A program made the position numbers and the translations under genes. The notes beneath the pieces are model-generated. The model saw only the letters and a list, made by a program, of their open reading frames with translations. It was not told where the DNA came from and did no database searches. Below, one piece after another: positions 1-12,400 of a stretch of DNA of 64,000 nucleotides. Location: NCBI GenBank assembly GCA_951406725.2, contig OX597819.1, forward strand, positions 77,128,001-77,192,000, read 5' to 3'. Source of the DNA: Octopus vulgaris. Taxonomy: Eukaryota. Every line of letters starts with the position of its first letter. Position 1 is the stretch's first letter.

Positions 1-169
1 CAGTTTCCATTTGGATAACTCTTTCTCCAGTTGTCTGCATATGCTTATGTAGAACTGATTAGATTCTCATGTCACTTTGAATTATGTATAAAAAAATGTT
101 TGTATCACTCTGCCTGTTTTGCTTCTGTTTAGAAATAATCTTCATTACATAACAAATGACACTGTGTAA

Positions 170-455
170 TGAATGTTTTACAAAATGAAAGCTGTTGTTA
201 CCCAACAAAAACATTTTACAATGTGTAGAAAGTATGAAATTACACGTTACTCCATAAAAACAGCTTACAATGAGTAAGAGAGTATGAAATGATTTCTGTT
301 TAAAAAAAGAACAGTTTATAATATGCAGGAAGTATGAAATACCTTGTTACTCTGTAAAAAACCATTTTACAGTGTGTAAGGAGTATGAAGTTTGTGTTCC
401 TCCACAATGCGTTTTACAATGTGTAAAACATGTAATGCATTTTACAGTGTATTAC
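170..455. repeat. Degenerate tandem repeat, unit ~49 bp
   Basis: Recurring ttac-a-atgtgta-gg/aa-agtatgaaat...gttactc...aaaaa units, about 5 copies. Confidence 0.7.
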
Positions 456-462
456 ATTTGTG

Positions 463-620
463 AAGGCACTGGCTTAGTGGTTAGGTTCTTTGGCTCATGA
501 CAGTGAGTTCAATTCCTAGTGGTGTGTTGTATCCTTGGGCAAAATGCTTTATTTCACATTACTCCAGTTCATTCTACTGACAAAAATGGGTAGTACCTGT
601 AGTTCAAAAGGTGTGTTCAC
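463..620 (+). mobile_element. tRNA-derived SINE, family C (5' part)
   Basis: A-box-like tggcttagtggttagg, B-box-like gagttcaattcc, then gtatccttgggcaaaatgctttatttcac shared with the copies at 4947, 39420 and 56118. Confidence 0.7.
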
Positions 621-1914
621 ATCCCTGTAACTTAGCAATTCTAAAAAATAGACTGATAGAATAAGTACTTAGACTTAAAAAAAAAAGTCCGGTGGTCAAT
701 TTGTTTGACTAAAACCCATCAAGGCAGTGCCCTGGCATGACTGAAACAAATAAAAGATAAAGGGTTATTAATTCTGAATGTTTTCCATGTATTAGGCAGT
801 TAAACTATTGTTATATAAATCACCCTTCATACTGGGGCATGAGCATTTTTGTAAATTTATGTTGCTTTTTTCTTTTTAAAAGATATTTCAGGATAACATT
901 TGAGAGAGATTTGGTTGCTATTTCTAGCATAGATTCTACCTTGTTGTTTCACTATTGACAAGCGGTATTGCATTGAACTTTAGTTGATTAATAAATTGAT
1001 TTGTAGCTATTTCAGTCAAGGGTAACCTGTTCCAGTTCTGAACCTTGTTATCACTCAATCAGCTTAACACACCATATGTTTATCTATATTTTGGATAAAT
1101 TGAAGTGCTATCATCATATTTCTAATTCATTGGACATCATACTAATTCTTCAACTGTATGGACCAGCCATGCTGTCAGTTTAATATTTGGGTTATCAGAT
1201 ATAAAAAAAAAAATTTGATATATCTCTATGCATTTCATATAAATGTATTGTGATAATTACACATTAATTCACAAAGATGGCATTAGATACAGCTTTAAAT
1301 ATTGGAGTAAATAATCAGTGTTTCGGTCTGTAGAAGATTCATTATCAAAATTAATTTAATGGAAATGTTGTCTCTTTGAAGTCTGTTGTTTCTTCATCTT
1401 AAGGTAATTGTCAGATTGTTAAACCCATTGAAAGTGAGGCTGTCAGTTCTTGTTTTAACTCATCAATAAAATTAAGTTTTAATTGGAATCCACTATTTAA
1501 TCTGATATTCTGATGTCTGTGGAATAAACTTGGGCACAGAAATACTTTTGTAATTATTTACATTAGTTGATTGGGTGTTTTCACTCTTTTAATGTCTTGT
1601 GAAAGAAATCAAAATGAATTTACTAATAGATGATCAGAAAAAGGAAAAAACAAACAAACTAAAAAACAACAAACAAACTAAGGTAGATGTTGGGAAAATT
1701 AAGAGATGATATTATCTGGATGATGTCTAGCAAATCCAAAGACCCAAGTTTCAGCAACATAATCATGCCACTAATTCTTTAAACATTCTACTTTTTTTTA
1801 CTGGCTTCAGTCATCCAACTTTATTCATGCTGGTTCATCAAAGTTTTTAGTGGATTATATTGATTTTGGTACTCATTTTAGCGTTGTCCTCATTATTGAT
1901 CTCTATTTGAAGGA

Positions 1915-2260
1915 CCAAGATCTCTGGTGGTTTGTTGTGCTTGAGGAGACACATCAAGCTAAGTAAAATTGCGGTTGTCCTTGTATGTAGGCATGTCCCC
2001 AACATCCCTCATCCCTCTTCAGCTAAGCGATCTTAACCTTGCAGGCTTGTGGATGCTGGTGCCATGTAAAAAGCACCTGTGCCGGTGCCACATAAAAGCA
2101 CCCAATACACTGTAAAGTGGTTGGCATTAGGAAGGGCATCAGCTGTAGAAACCCTGCCTAAATAGATATGGAACCTGGGCAGCTCTTCAGCTGGCCATCT
2201 CCAGTCAAACTGTCCAACCTATGCCAGCATGGAAAACAGACATTAAATATGATGATGGTG
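1915..2260 (+). mobile_element. 3' end of an RTE-type LINE (ORF end, 3'UTR, (GAT)n tail)
   Basis: Reads FVVLEETHQAK-stop, then gtggttggcattaggaagggcatcagctgtagaaa...catgccagcatggaaaacagacattaaa and a gat tail. The 3'UTR motif recurs in more than 10 copies in the window. Confidence 0.7.
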
Positions 2261-2519
2261 ATTTGACAGATCTATTGAACTGCTTAAGTATGGGACATAA
2301 ACAGAGGTAGCATTCTCAACACTGACTTTTAAAAGTGTTTTTTAAAGATAGGTTCACATACAAATTATGAATGTTTGCATAGTTTTAGTCTATCAGATTC
2401 TAATTGCAGAGTCAACTTAAAATAGGAAAAATTTGGTCAAGGCACTATACTCTGGTATCCAACCTGAAATCACAGAATTGTAAAGTTATGCCTGTATCTG
2501 ATGAAAATTATAACAACAA

Positions 2520-3265
2520 TGATGTTTCAAATTTTTGCACTGGGCAAGCAATTTTTTTTGTGTGAGTAATTAGTTGATTATATCAACTTCAGTACTTGAC
2601 TAGTACTTTACTTCATTGACCCCCCAAAAGGGTGGAATGCAAATCTGAACTTGGTGGCATTTGAACAAACAATGTAAACAGCCAGAAGAAATGCCGCTAA
2701 GCAATTTGTCTGACACAGAAACAATTCTGCCAGCTAACAACCTTAATAACAGCAATAATAATAATTTCAGTAGTAGTACTAATGGTTTCAAATCTTGGCA
2801 CAAGGTTAGCAATTTTATGTATGGAGTAAGTTGATTTACATCAACTCCCAGTGTTCAACTTGCACTTATTTTCTCGACCTTGAAAGGATGAAAGACAAGG
2901 TCAACCTCAGCAGTGTTTGAAATCAGAACATAAAGACAAAATCACAATAAACATTTTGTTTGGCATGCTAATGATTTTGCCAGCTTGCCACCTTATTATT
3001 ACTATTATTAAATAATAATAATAATAATAATAATAATGATAATCCTTTCTACTATAAGCACAATGCCTGAAATTTTTTTTTTTGGGGGGGGGGCTAGTCG
3101 ATTATATTGGTCCCAGTATTTGACTGGTACTTATTTCATCAACCTTGAAAGGATAAAAGGCAAAGTCAACCTCAGTGGAATTTGAACTCAGAATGTAAAG
3201 ATGGGCAAAACACCGCCAAGCATTTTGCCCGGCATGTAATTGATTCTGCCAGCTTGCCACCCTAA
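2520..3265 (-). mobile_element. Three tandem copies of SINE family B separated by (AAT)n
   Basis: Reverse complement of ggcaagctggcagaatc...gttcaaattcc...gactttgcctttcatcctttc...gataaaataagtaccag at ~2520-2745, 2780-2995 and 3040-3265. Confidence 0.8.
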
Positions 3266-4946
3266 TAATATTATTATTATTATTATCATCATTATATATC
3301 CTTATTTGCATTACCTCTTACTTTATACACCATAATCTCTGAGTCCAGTTACCTGATTATGTAAACACCTTGTTATATATTAGTGTAATATGAAGATTTT
3401 ATCACTTTTAATACTCTATTTTTAATATGTCACCTTCTATGGCTTAATTAGCTGGTTTAGCGAAAAGAAAAAGAAAAGAATTTAAAACTTGCATGTATAT
3501 TGGAAATATTTTCCTCGCTGGGACTAATTACCAGAGATATTTCAGAGTATAAGTAATCTGTAACATTATTATTAGAAATCTGTAGCACTGTTTGAAGGAG
3601 TTGGCTTCCTACCAAACTGCTGTGCTATATAGAAGCATCACTAGTACAGTGTCTCTTTTTAGCTATGAGTTATGGGTATGAAGTAAGGTTTAATATCCCA
3701 TTTGCCTTGTGAGGAAAATTGCAAGTAGACGGGCTCTCACTAACGGCTTTCTTAGCATTCATCTTGACTTGGTACCAGAATATAATTAGCATCCTTTTAA
3801 CTATCACTCATATTCTTTAGTATAAAATGTTCTGGTGCACGCAGGTAGATTGCTACAAAAATAACAATTTCTGAAACCTTATAGGTTTTATACTTTTTGT
3901 TCAGCTTCTTCTAGATAAAAATATTGACAAACAACGTTGTGCACATGAAAAAGTTTGGTCTTTTTATTTGTAGCATAGATAAAGATTTATTTTTCCTGAT
4001 GTCCATCCAATGCCAAGTACTTGAGACATAAGAGGGTGGTCAGATTTCTGTATAAATTCCACTTCACTTGATAAAAACAGCAACAGCGCTTGCATTGCTA
4101 TTACTGTTGTTACGTCAGTTCCTTTGCCAACAGAGGTGCCTTAACAGTTCTAAATCTGTAATCTAATTATCTTTCCTCAGAACACTTATTCTTCTCTTAG
4201 CCATGAAGAGCAAGATTCTACATTCCCTGCTACATCAGAGTTTATGAAAACAGTCTTGTTTTTGTAACACTCCAGTCCCCATGGTTGCATAAACCCATGT
4301 GTTTGAACTTATCTAACTATCTATTTATATGTTTCAAGAAAGAGTTTCTTTATTTCTTACATTAGTACCAACCTGGTTAACTGGCTAGGACACTAGAATA
4401 CTACTGGCTCACACTGTTTGGTTTTAAATCCTTTCATATCCGTTGCTTATTTCAGCAGATAATCCAACTGGGTTTAGATAGCAATCTGTGCAAACATCTC
4501 TATATTTAGAACCATGTTTAATATTTCTGTCGAGAAAAGTGAGAAATATTACATAAAGTGTTCGGTACATACAGGTAGATTGCTACCAAAATAACAATTT
4601 TGAAACATTATAGGTTGCATTTTATTAGAAATATTACATAAAAATTCTCAAGGAGCTCTATCCGCTGTAATATTACAGAATTGTGTCACCCCACTACCTG
4701 GCTAGCATCCTACTCCCAAATATCTTTTAGCAATGCACAGCTGTTTGCTGGTATTTTTCTTTTCTTTTTTTGGTGGTGGGGGTTACCTCTTCATTTTTGT
4801 AATAGATATGAATAACTACTATCATTTGTCTTTTACTGGTTTCAGTCATTGGATTGCAGCCTTGCTGGGGTACCATATTGAAGGGTTTTAGTTGAACGAA
4901 TCAACCCCCAGCCCTTTCATTTTAAACCTGGTACTTATTCTATTGT

Positions 4947-5285
4947 GAAGTGGAATGGCCTAGTGGTTAGAGCATAAGGCTTGCAATCATGAGGTAGTGG
5001 ATTTAATTCCTAGACTGGATAGTGTGTTGTGTTCTTGAGCAAGACACTTTATTTCATGTTGCTCCAGTTCACTCAGCTGTAGAAATGAGTTGTGACATCA
5101 CTGGTGCCAAGCTGTATCAGCCTTTGCCTTTTCTTTGGACAACAACAATGGCAGCAGAAGAGAGGCTGGTATTCATGGGTGATTGCTGGTCTTCCATAAA
5201 CAACCTTTCCCAGACTTTTACCTCAGAGGGTAACTTTCTAGGTGCAATCCCATGATCATTCATGACCGAAGGGGATCTTTACCCT
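4947..5285 (+). mobile_element. SINE family C, near full length, nested in a minus-strand family A SINE
   Basis: tRNA-like head tggcctagtggttagagc; body matches 39420-39745. Family A sequence stops at ~4945 and resumes at ~5290. Confidence 0.8.
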
Positions 5286-5834
5286 TTGCCTATCCTATTT
5301 ATCTCTTATGCTCAGCTGTTAAGTCATGGACACATAATCAAGCCAGCACTGGCTGTTATGCAGTGGAGGGTGACAAGCACACACAGTATTATAATTTATA
5401 CACACATACACATAATATATAATTTCTACTGCCTAAGGCTCTTTTATAACCAAACAATACATCTTCTCATATTTTGCTCCAATAGTTTTTACCTTTCATT
5501 AGACAAACTCTTCTTGCAGTTCCTTCTGAGCAGCAACAAACTTTATTTTGTCAATTTTGTTTTTCAAATAATCATTATTATGAAGCAAATGAAAGCTACC
5601 TGTAGCATCCTAATATATTCAATAAAGTAAGCTCTATTAGAATTAACCCCTGTTTTTCCTCCTATTCAAGAACCGTTGTACTCCATAGTCCTTTTATCAA
5701 CATAACTGTACAAATTATCAAAACTATTTTCCCTATCAAATTGAAAAATGTTCGTCTTTTGCTATCTGCAATTAGTCTATTGTAATGAAAAGATTGGGAA
5801 ATAAAAAAAAACCCAGAAAACCAACAATTTTGTT

Positions 5835-5998
5835 GCTATCATTATCATCATCAATATCCTCATTACTGTCACCATTATCATTATTCCTAAGACCATTATA
5901 ATCATCTTCATCATCACTGCTATTACTACCTTCATCATTGTTTTCACCGTCAGTGTTGTTATTGTTAATATCATCATCATCATCACCATCATCATTTA
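5835..5998. repeat. Degenerate (ATC/ATT)n trinucleotide tract
   Basis: Visible directly; explains the D/N-rich and M/I-rich minus-strand ORFs. Confidence 0.85.
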
Positions 5999-8134
5999 TA
6001 AAATTATTCTGTGAGCTAATGAGCAATTTTTGAAATTGTATAGAATTACTTTGCTAACATGTCATAGCTCCTGACGTATAACTCTGCTAACTGGTTGTTT
6101 TTAACAATATTTCTAATTAACTGAATTATGTTACATAAAGAAAGAGAGAAATAGAAATAAAAAGGAAATAATATAAATATTTAAAGAGTGGCTGCTCAAT
6201 AACACATACATACATATATATAAATATATCTATATATATATGGATATATTTATATATATTTTACATTTATTTAGTATATGATTGATTTACGTTAAATTCC
6301 TAGCATGCAAGATGCAGAAAATATATTCAGTCTTTGTTGTTGTTGTTTGTTGTTTTTGTTTTTCTTGCATTAATTACAGACTTCAGCTATTAGATTGTTA
6401 ATTTTGTTTTGTATCTTTCTTTTGTTAATCACTGAAATGTATATTTTTTCAAAAGTTATGACTAGTTTAATTAAAGACTATTTGCATAAGCATCCATTAA
6501 ACTGGAGGACATCTGTAGCTTTAACTATCATATAACTTGTACAAATGTATATCTTTTTATTTTCTTTGTTTTTGTTTCTTCTTTTTTTAACTTTCGGTTC
6601 CAACTTTTAATGACATGCTAGGGAATTTTTGAAGGATTTTTAAACAGTTACCATCATCCTTAGCTGACAGATAATTTATACTTAGCTCTAAGAAAAGTCA
6701 CATATTACTCATATAAATGTATATATGCTCATATACAGGCTGCTTCTATTATCTGTCTGTCTGTCTTTCTGCAAGTATGTATGTGTGTGTGTGTGTGTCT
6801 TTCTTCCTTGAGTTGTTCAAAATATGGACATTAATAGTAATGGAAAACAAAGACTGAAGCAAGAAAATAAATAAGCAATATTTTCAATTCATGCAATCCC
6901 TAATCCCCATCTCTCTCTCTCTCTCTCTCCCTCCCTCTCTCTCTCTCCCTCTCTCTCTCTCTCTCACTCACTCACTCCTCCCAGTATCATTTATTCATTG
7001 CCATGTAATTTCTGTCATAAGATCCTCCTCTATTTTTTTCAAATCTCTTTGTACATAATCATATAGCAAAAGCTCTATCATTTATTCTCTCTCATGCCAA
7101 CCCAATACCTGAGTTCCACTCGCAAGAAGCGAATCTATATTGCAAAAAAAAAAAAAAAGAAAAAAGAAAGAAAGAAAGAAAGAAAGAATAAGACCTGAAA
7201 TAAGGGGATTGTAATTCTGAACAAACCTTTTTGCTTAGGTTTTAAATGTAGGTCGACACTGCAGTAATTTGGAAAAGGTATTCTGATACAAATTGAATTT
7301 CTTGCTTCTTCATCTTCAGCAGATTTTATTTTTTAATTGGCTCAAGATTTCAGATTTAAGAATTTGTATGAAATGGAAATATCGGATAGCAGTTATGATA
7401 TTAATGACTTTCTTATGAGCATTTATAGTTGGAATGTAGTTAGTTGAAATTATATCCTGTATATATCACTGATACTTGTTTTAAAGTCAAACCAATAATT
7501 GTAAAATGTGCTTCTGTAAGATGCATTAATATCAAAGGTAGGCATGTTACAAAAGCCTTGTAATCAGTGACACTACTTTCACACATTGTGATATAGAATA
7601 ACTATATAAATATGTAAAAGGCAATCTTTATGTCCAACTTAACGTGAATGAATGTCTTGTTAGAATGCTGAATATTGCAGTATTCACCTTGATGGGTCCT
7701 TTCATAGATGTGTGGTGCATAAAAGCATAGACATATATTATAGTAGGTGGGGGTCATCTGGTATGAGTACAGTAACTGCTAGATCATGTGATTTCAGCAT
7801 ACTGCACATTTTCAGTGACAGGCATCTGGTGACTGCATGCCAGCCAAATCTCACCACCACAACATATAGAATTTTTCTATTCTCCTATGCTTCTATACAC
7901 CATGCGTCTAAATAAGAAAACTTCTCAAAGCAAATGCTGCAGTATTCAGTGTTCTAACCAAACATCCATGTTAAGTTGGATATAAAGATTGCTTTTTGAT
8001 ACTAATACTGATTCTGTCACTAATAATTACTATTACATAAATATGTATTTTTCTGCATAAGTATATGAGTGTTTCTACATGTATGTATGTGTGTATATAT
8101 GTGTATATTTGCATGTGTATGTCTGCATGAGTCC

Positions 8135-8850
8135 AGTGTCGCATTGTGGCAAAACATGGGTATTGAATGAAAAAAGCTGTGTGAAAGCTGGAAAGAAATG
8201 AGGTGATTATGCTCTGCTCAATGTGTAATGTAAGTGGGCATGAATGACAGAGTCCAAATTATTTAAGAGAAAGACTGGGGCAAGAGATGATTGGGAATCA
8301 GTGTGCAAGAGAGAAGACTCTTCTTGTATTGACATGTTATGCATATAGAGCAAGGGTTCTCAGCCATTTTTTACCTATTGACCCCTTTGGTTTCTATTTT
8401 ACTTGGGTGAACTACCATAGCCTGTTGATGTTTAAAAGATCCTATTGTATTTTTATAATTAAATATTAATAGGACTTGTATGAAAAATGTTATAATATTT
8501 TGAGCATTGTAGACGTATAAAAAATTTGCTGCACATAAACTTTACTGGTCTGAAGCACAATTTTTTCATAGCCCCTGAAAAATTACTGTGGACCCCTAAT
8601 TTACTATATTGCATCTGTGGACACCCAAAAATCTTATATGAACCCCAGTTGAGAACCCCTGTTATAAAGGAAAAAAGACAGTCCTAGAAATTGCAAATGT
8701 GTGTGTGTGTGTGGTGGAGAAAACTATGGAAGAGGAAAACCAAGAATTGTATGAGAAGTTGTGAAAGTTGATATCAGAAGGTTGAACCACAGGAAATAAT
8801 GACAATGGCTGCAACATGTGAAAAGACACCATTCTGAAGAAGAAGGCCGA
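8135..8850 (+). mobile_element. Decayed RTE LINE ORF2 C-terminal fragment interrupted by a hAT-like MITE
   Basis: Fragments read KLERNEVIMLCSMCNVS..LRERLG..VQERRL..HVMHIE and, after the MITE, GRGKPR. This fits the RTE pattern RRLRW(F/Y)GHV.RM...GRGRPR. Contains stops and frameshifts. Confidence 0.7.
8351..8661. mobile_element. hAT-like MITE
   Basis: Terminal inverted repeats caagggttctcagc / gttgagaacccctg; imperfect 8-bp flanks atatagag / ttataaag. Oppositely oriented relative at 55558-55908. Confidence 0.75.
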
Positions 8851-9515
8851 AACAATCCATGCAAACGTTAAAAAAGAAAAATATCTTGTTAACAATGAAT
8901 TGCATATAAATATATACACACTTAGGTTGTCGCCCTCCCTCTTTCTTTCTCTCTCTCTCTCATATGGAACTGAGCATTGTTAACAAACTAAATGATTACT
9001 CGTACCATTCACATACAATAACCTGTACGATCAAGTTAACCCTCTTGAGATGAAGACAATTAATCATTTTTAATGATTTTGCTTTAATCTTTTCCTGTCC
9101 AACATTGTACTTTGGGGCTAATACATCAATTTTCTTGTCCAAAAACTCCAAAACTGGTTTTGTTACATGTTCACGTTTCCATCATCAATCTCCTTAATAA
9201 CACACATCATTATCACTTGAGTTTTGGTTTTATTTTATTATATTTCTAGTCCACTTTTTTTATATTTAATAAATTGGAAATGAATTACAGTAAAAGTGTT
9301 TGGACTAATATTTTTTTGACACAATATATATATATTGATGACAGATAGGTAGGTAGATAGATAAATAGATAACAGAAAATTAAATTAATGAGATCCATTG
9401 TTCAAAACCACTAGAATTGTTTCAAAACATTCTCGTGCCTGTTCTTCATAGATGAGATGTTGTGCAGCTTACATCCCATGTATATGTGTATATATGTGTG
9501 TTTGTGTGTGTGTGT

Positions 9516-9704
9516 GGTCTCAGTGATGAGCACAGTGTCATCTGTGAAATGGAGGTGGGTCAATGGCTCACCGCAGATGTTCAAGCCACCTCATCAGTCG
9601 ACTTTTCTGATGATCTGCTTGAGACATGTGCTGGAGAGTTTTGAAGAGATAGTGTCTCCTTGTTTGATTCCCTTCTCTTCCAGTACTCTTATGGGTGACA
9701 ACAG
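9516..9704 (-). mobile_element. Non-LTR (RTE-like) reverse transcriptase pseudo-fragment
   Basis: Minus frame reads LLSPIRVLEEKGIKQGDTISSKLSSTCLKQIIRKVD**GGLNICGEPLTHLHFTDDTVLITET: decayed QGD and FADD motifs, two in-frame stops. Confidence 0.85.
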
Positions 9705-11338
9705 CAGAGATATGTCAGTATGTACACACACACACACACACACATTAGTGTGTATTCATTGCACAATTTTGTAGTTGAGCTATATATGGATAGTATCTAA
9801 ATACAGAGACCCTGTTTCTGCACATGGGTTTTCTAATGCTCATAAGGAATAACTTAAGTGCAGTTCAGTTTCTTATGAACTCAAACTCTCAGAACATCGA
9901 CTACTCCAAACAGTCACACACACACACACACACACCATGTATTTTGTAATGGTTTCTTTGCTTCAGCTGAGTGAAATTAAGATTTTTGCATGTTTATGAA
10001 TAATTTAATAAATTCTGCTTCAGGTAGCTCTTATACAGATTTTTGTGAAAGAAACAACTGATTCTGTTTGTGTTATGGTTTTTATGTTTTGTTTTTCATC
10101 TGGTTTTTTTTGAGTGGGGTTGGTTTGTAATATATTAATGCCCTGGAGATGTTTTCATAATCTCTCAATATTATGATTGATACATGATTTAAAAACTACA
10201 CGTGTTTGTGTGTGTATACACACACAAATACACATTTATTTTCATATACTTAAATATATACACATATATAGATGAATAAATATGAAATATTCACTTTCAT
10301 ATATTATAATAAAAACACACAGATAGATACATAGATAGATAGATAGATACATACATACATACATACATATGCACATTGGTACATAGATAGACAGACAGAC
10401 AGATAGATAGATATATATATATATCCAAAGGCATGTATATGTATAAATCTGTTTTGAGCCTACAGGTCTGTTAGGCTGGAGCTTATCCAAGTCCTTGTAG
10501 CATCTAGATGTTAGAAAGTATGTGATTCTCCTCTGAATGAGGTAACAGTCCAGCATTAGACCTGAAATAGCACACCCCTGAAGTTGTATCACTATACATA
10601 CTAAGCAGATGGTAGATTTATGAGATAGTTTATTATTTACTGTTAGTCTTGTCTCAAAAACAAAACAAACAAAAAACTCCCTTCAGGCTTTTCACATTCC
10701 CCCTAACTAACTAGTCTCTTAATTTGCATATTATTTAAATTCATTCCTCACTCATTTTCCTTATTCTTTCTGTCTACATTCAGTTTTGTTTTTCTTTCTT
10801 ATTGGTTTTCACACTCCCCTTTAATAAGCATTATGTTTTCAAACTAAGACGCTGATATATTTATTCATTGAAAATTTACTAACTGAAGATAATTTTTCAT
10901 ATAATTCTGTTCTTGCAATATCATTATATGACTAATTTGTTTTTTGACATTGTTGTTGGTTTCTGATCATGCATTATCCAAAGTAGCCTAAATTTACATG
11001 TTTATTTTTGTGTAAAATTTATGCCAGACGAGAAGATTTAGCATGGTAGTTCAATATACAGTGGGATAATAACCAGTTTATGCAACACTGTATGTTATGT
11101 AGTGTTGCATTAGCTTTTTCATTGATAATTCAGTAATTAGACATCTTTCAGGCTTATATTTTATGGTTTCAAAGGAGTGTAATAATATAAAGAACAGTAA
11201 GTGACTCTATCTGTTAACCAAAATAAGGATGGTGTATATATTCAAACCCATACACCTCCCTTCCCCAGTCATAATTAGGAATCTAGTAGCCTGAGAATGC
11301 ACAAGGGTTTCTTATTTATCCTCTGAAGTGGGAGATTT

Positions 11339-11548
11339 TTAATCCTTTTGATACCAATGTGGCTGAAACTGCCTTTGGTTCTATAGTACAAATGCCTTCT
11401 TTTCGAAAGTTCTGAATTAAAATCTTTCACCAAACCTTAGTTCCTAACATTAGCTTAATCATAACTTATTTTGTTAAATTCTTTGTTATATTTAAAATTA
11501 ATTGAAAGAAACACAGTATCTCAACAGAAGTATGATAACAAAAGATTT
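11339..11548. mobile_element. piggyBac-like MITE, decayed, just upstream of the NCX exon
   Basis: Starts ttaatccttttgatacc; body is the reverse complement of the TTAA-flanked element at 54826-55052. Confidence 0.7.
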
Positions 11549-11611
11549 CTCTTTATTTCAATGAAGTTTTGATCATTTCATATCACTTATGTTCTATCTT
11601 CTTTCTTACAG

Positions 11612-11709
11612 AAAATTTCTTCGCGTACGGGTATTTGATGATGAAGAATATGAAAAGAATGAAACTTTTTTCATTTGGCTAGATGAACCTTTCCTTGTGA
11701 AGAAACCAG
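11612..11709 (+). CDS. NCX: Internal exon of a Na+/Ca2+ exchanger (SLC8/NCX), Calx-beta/CBD2 segment equivalent to vertebrate NCX1 exon A
   Basis: Pyrimidine tract and acceptor ttctatcttctttcttacag (AG 11610-11611); donor CAG|gttagt. 98 nt = 1 + 32 codons + 1 (phase 2 to 1). Translates KFLRVRVFDDEEYEKNETFFIWLDEPFLVKKP, matching the NCX CBD2 pattern K-x-I/L-x-V-x-V-x-DDEEYEKN-x-TFF-x-x-x-x-EP-x-LV. Confidence 0.95.
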
Positions 11710-11888
11710 GTTAGTAAAAAAATTTAACAAACTTTAAATGAATAATAATGAAGATGATAATCCTGGTAAATTTTCAAGTATTAGGTCAATATCTTCATTA
11801 TTATTCAACTTGAATTGTTTAATTCATTTTCAAAAGTATCAAGTATCATCATAGCTATCATTATATATCAACAATCTTTACTTGAATA

Positions 11889-11971
11889 TATACACTCACC
11901 CACCTTCACTTGAAACGTACAGGTTGCAGGTGAGGTTGTGTACGTTTCAAGTGAAGGTGGATGAGTGCATA
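11889..11971. repeat. Inverted repeat, 33-bp arms, 17-nt loop
   Basis: tatacactcacccaccttcacttgaaacgtaca pairs with tgtacgtttcaagtgaaggtggatgagtgcata, with two mismatches. Confidence 0.95.
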
Positions 11972-12350
11972 CTTTTAGGCGCATGTTGTGGGTATGCGGG
12001 CGCCCATGTGTAGGTATGAACATGCACACTTACGCGAATACTATGAACTTTTTTACCCCCCTTACTTTTACTCCCTCCCCTCACTTAGTGGTCATTCAAA
12101 TAGCTCTTTTGTCTTAATAATGGTCAATCACACAGTAATTTCCCTTTGTATAACGGTCGTTTTTCATGGCATTTTTTCCGATGGCCGGATAACTGAAGAC
12201 ATGGCAGCATGGATTTCCACCTCGGCATCCGAAACTCAGAGTTTAATCATGGCTACCGAATAATCGTCACATATTACATTTAGAGATAAATTCCTCTATT
12301 TACATAATATCGAGGTCTCTTTCATTCTTTTGTTGTCTTACCATTTTTAT

Positions 12351-12355
<5 letters not shown>
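11939..12355 (+). mobile_element. Probable Penelope-like element terminal-repeat fragment with a decayed hammerhead motif
   Basis: CpG-retaining segment ending at a (TA)n run; CTGAAGA at 12193-12199, GAAA at 12231-12234, then ctc-a-gag-tt. Confidence 0.45.

Positions 12356-12399
<44 letters not shown>

Positions 12400-12400
<1 letters not shown>

Noticed and set aside
5772-6026. Asp/Asn-rich ORF
   Set aside because: Degenerate trinucleotide repeat.
7252-7277. 26-nt AG..GT segment upstream of the NCX exon, near CT/GAAA repeats
   Set aside because: Not frame-preserving; no independent evidence for an exon or internal promoter.
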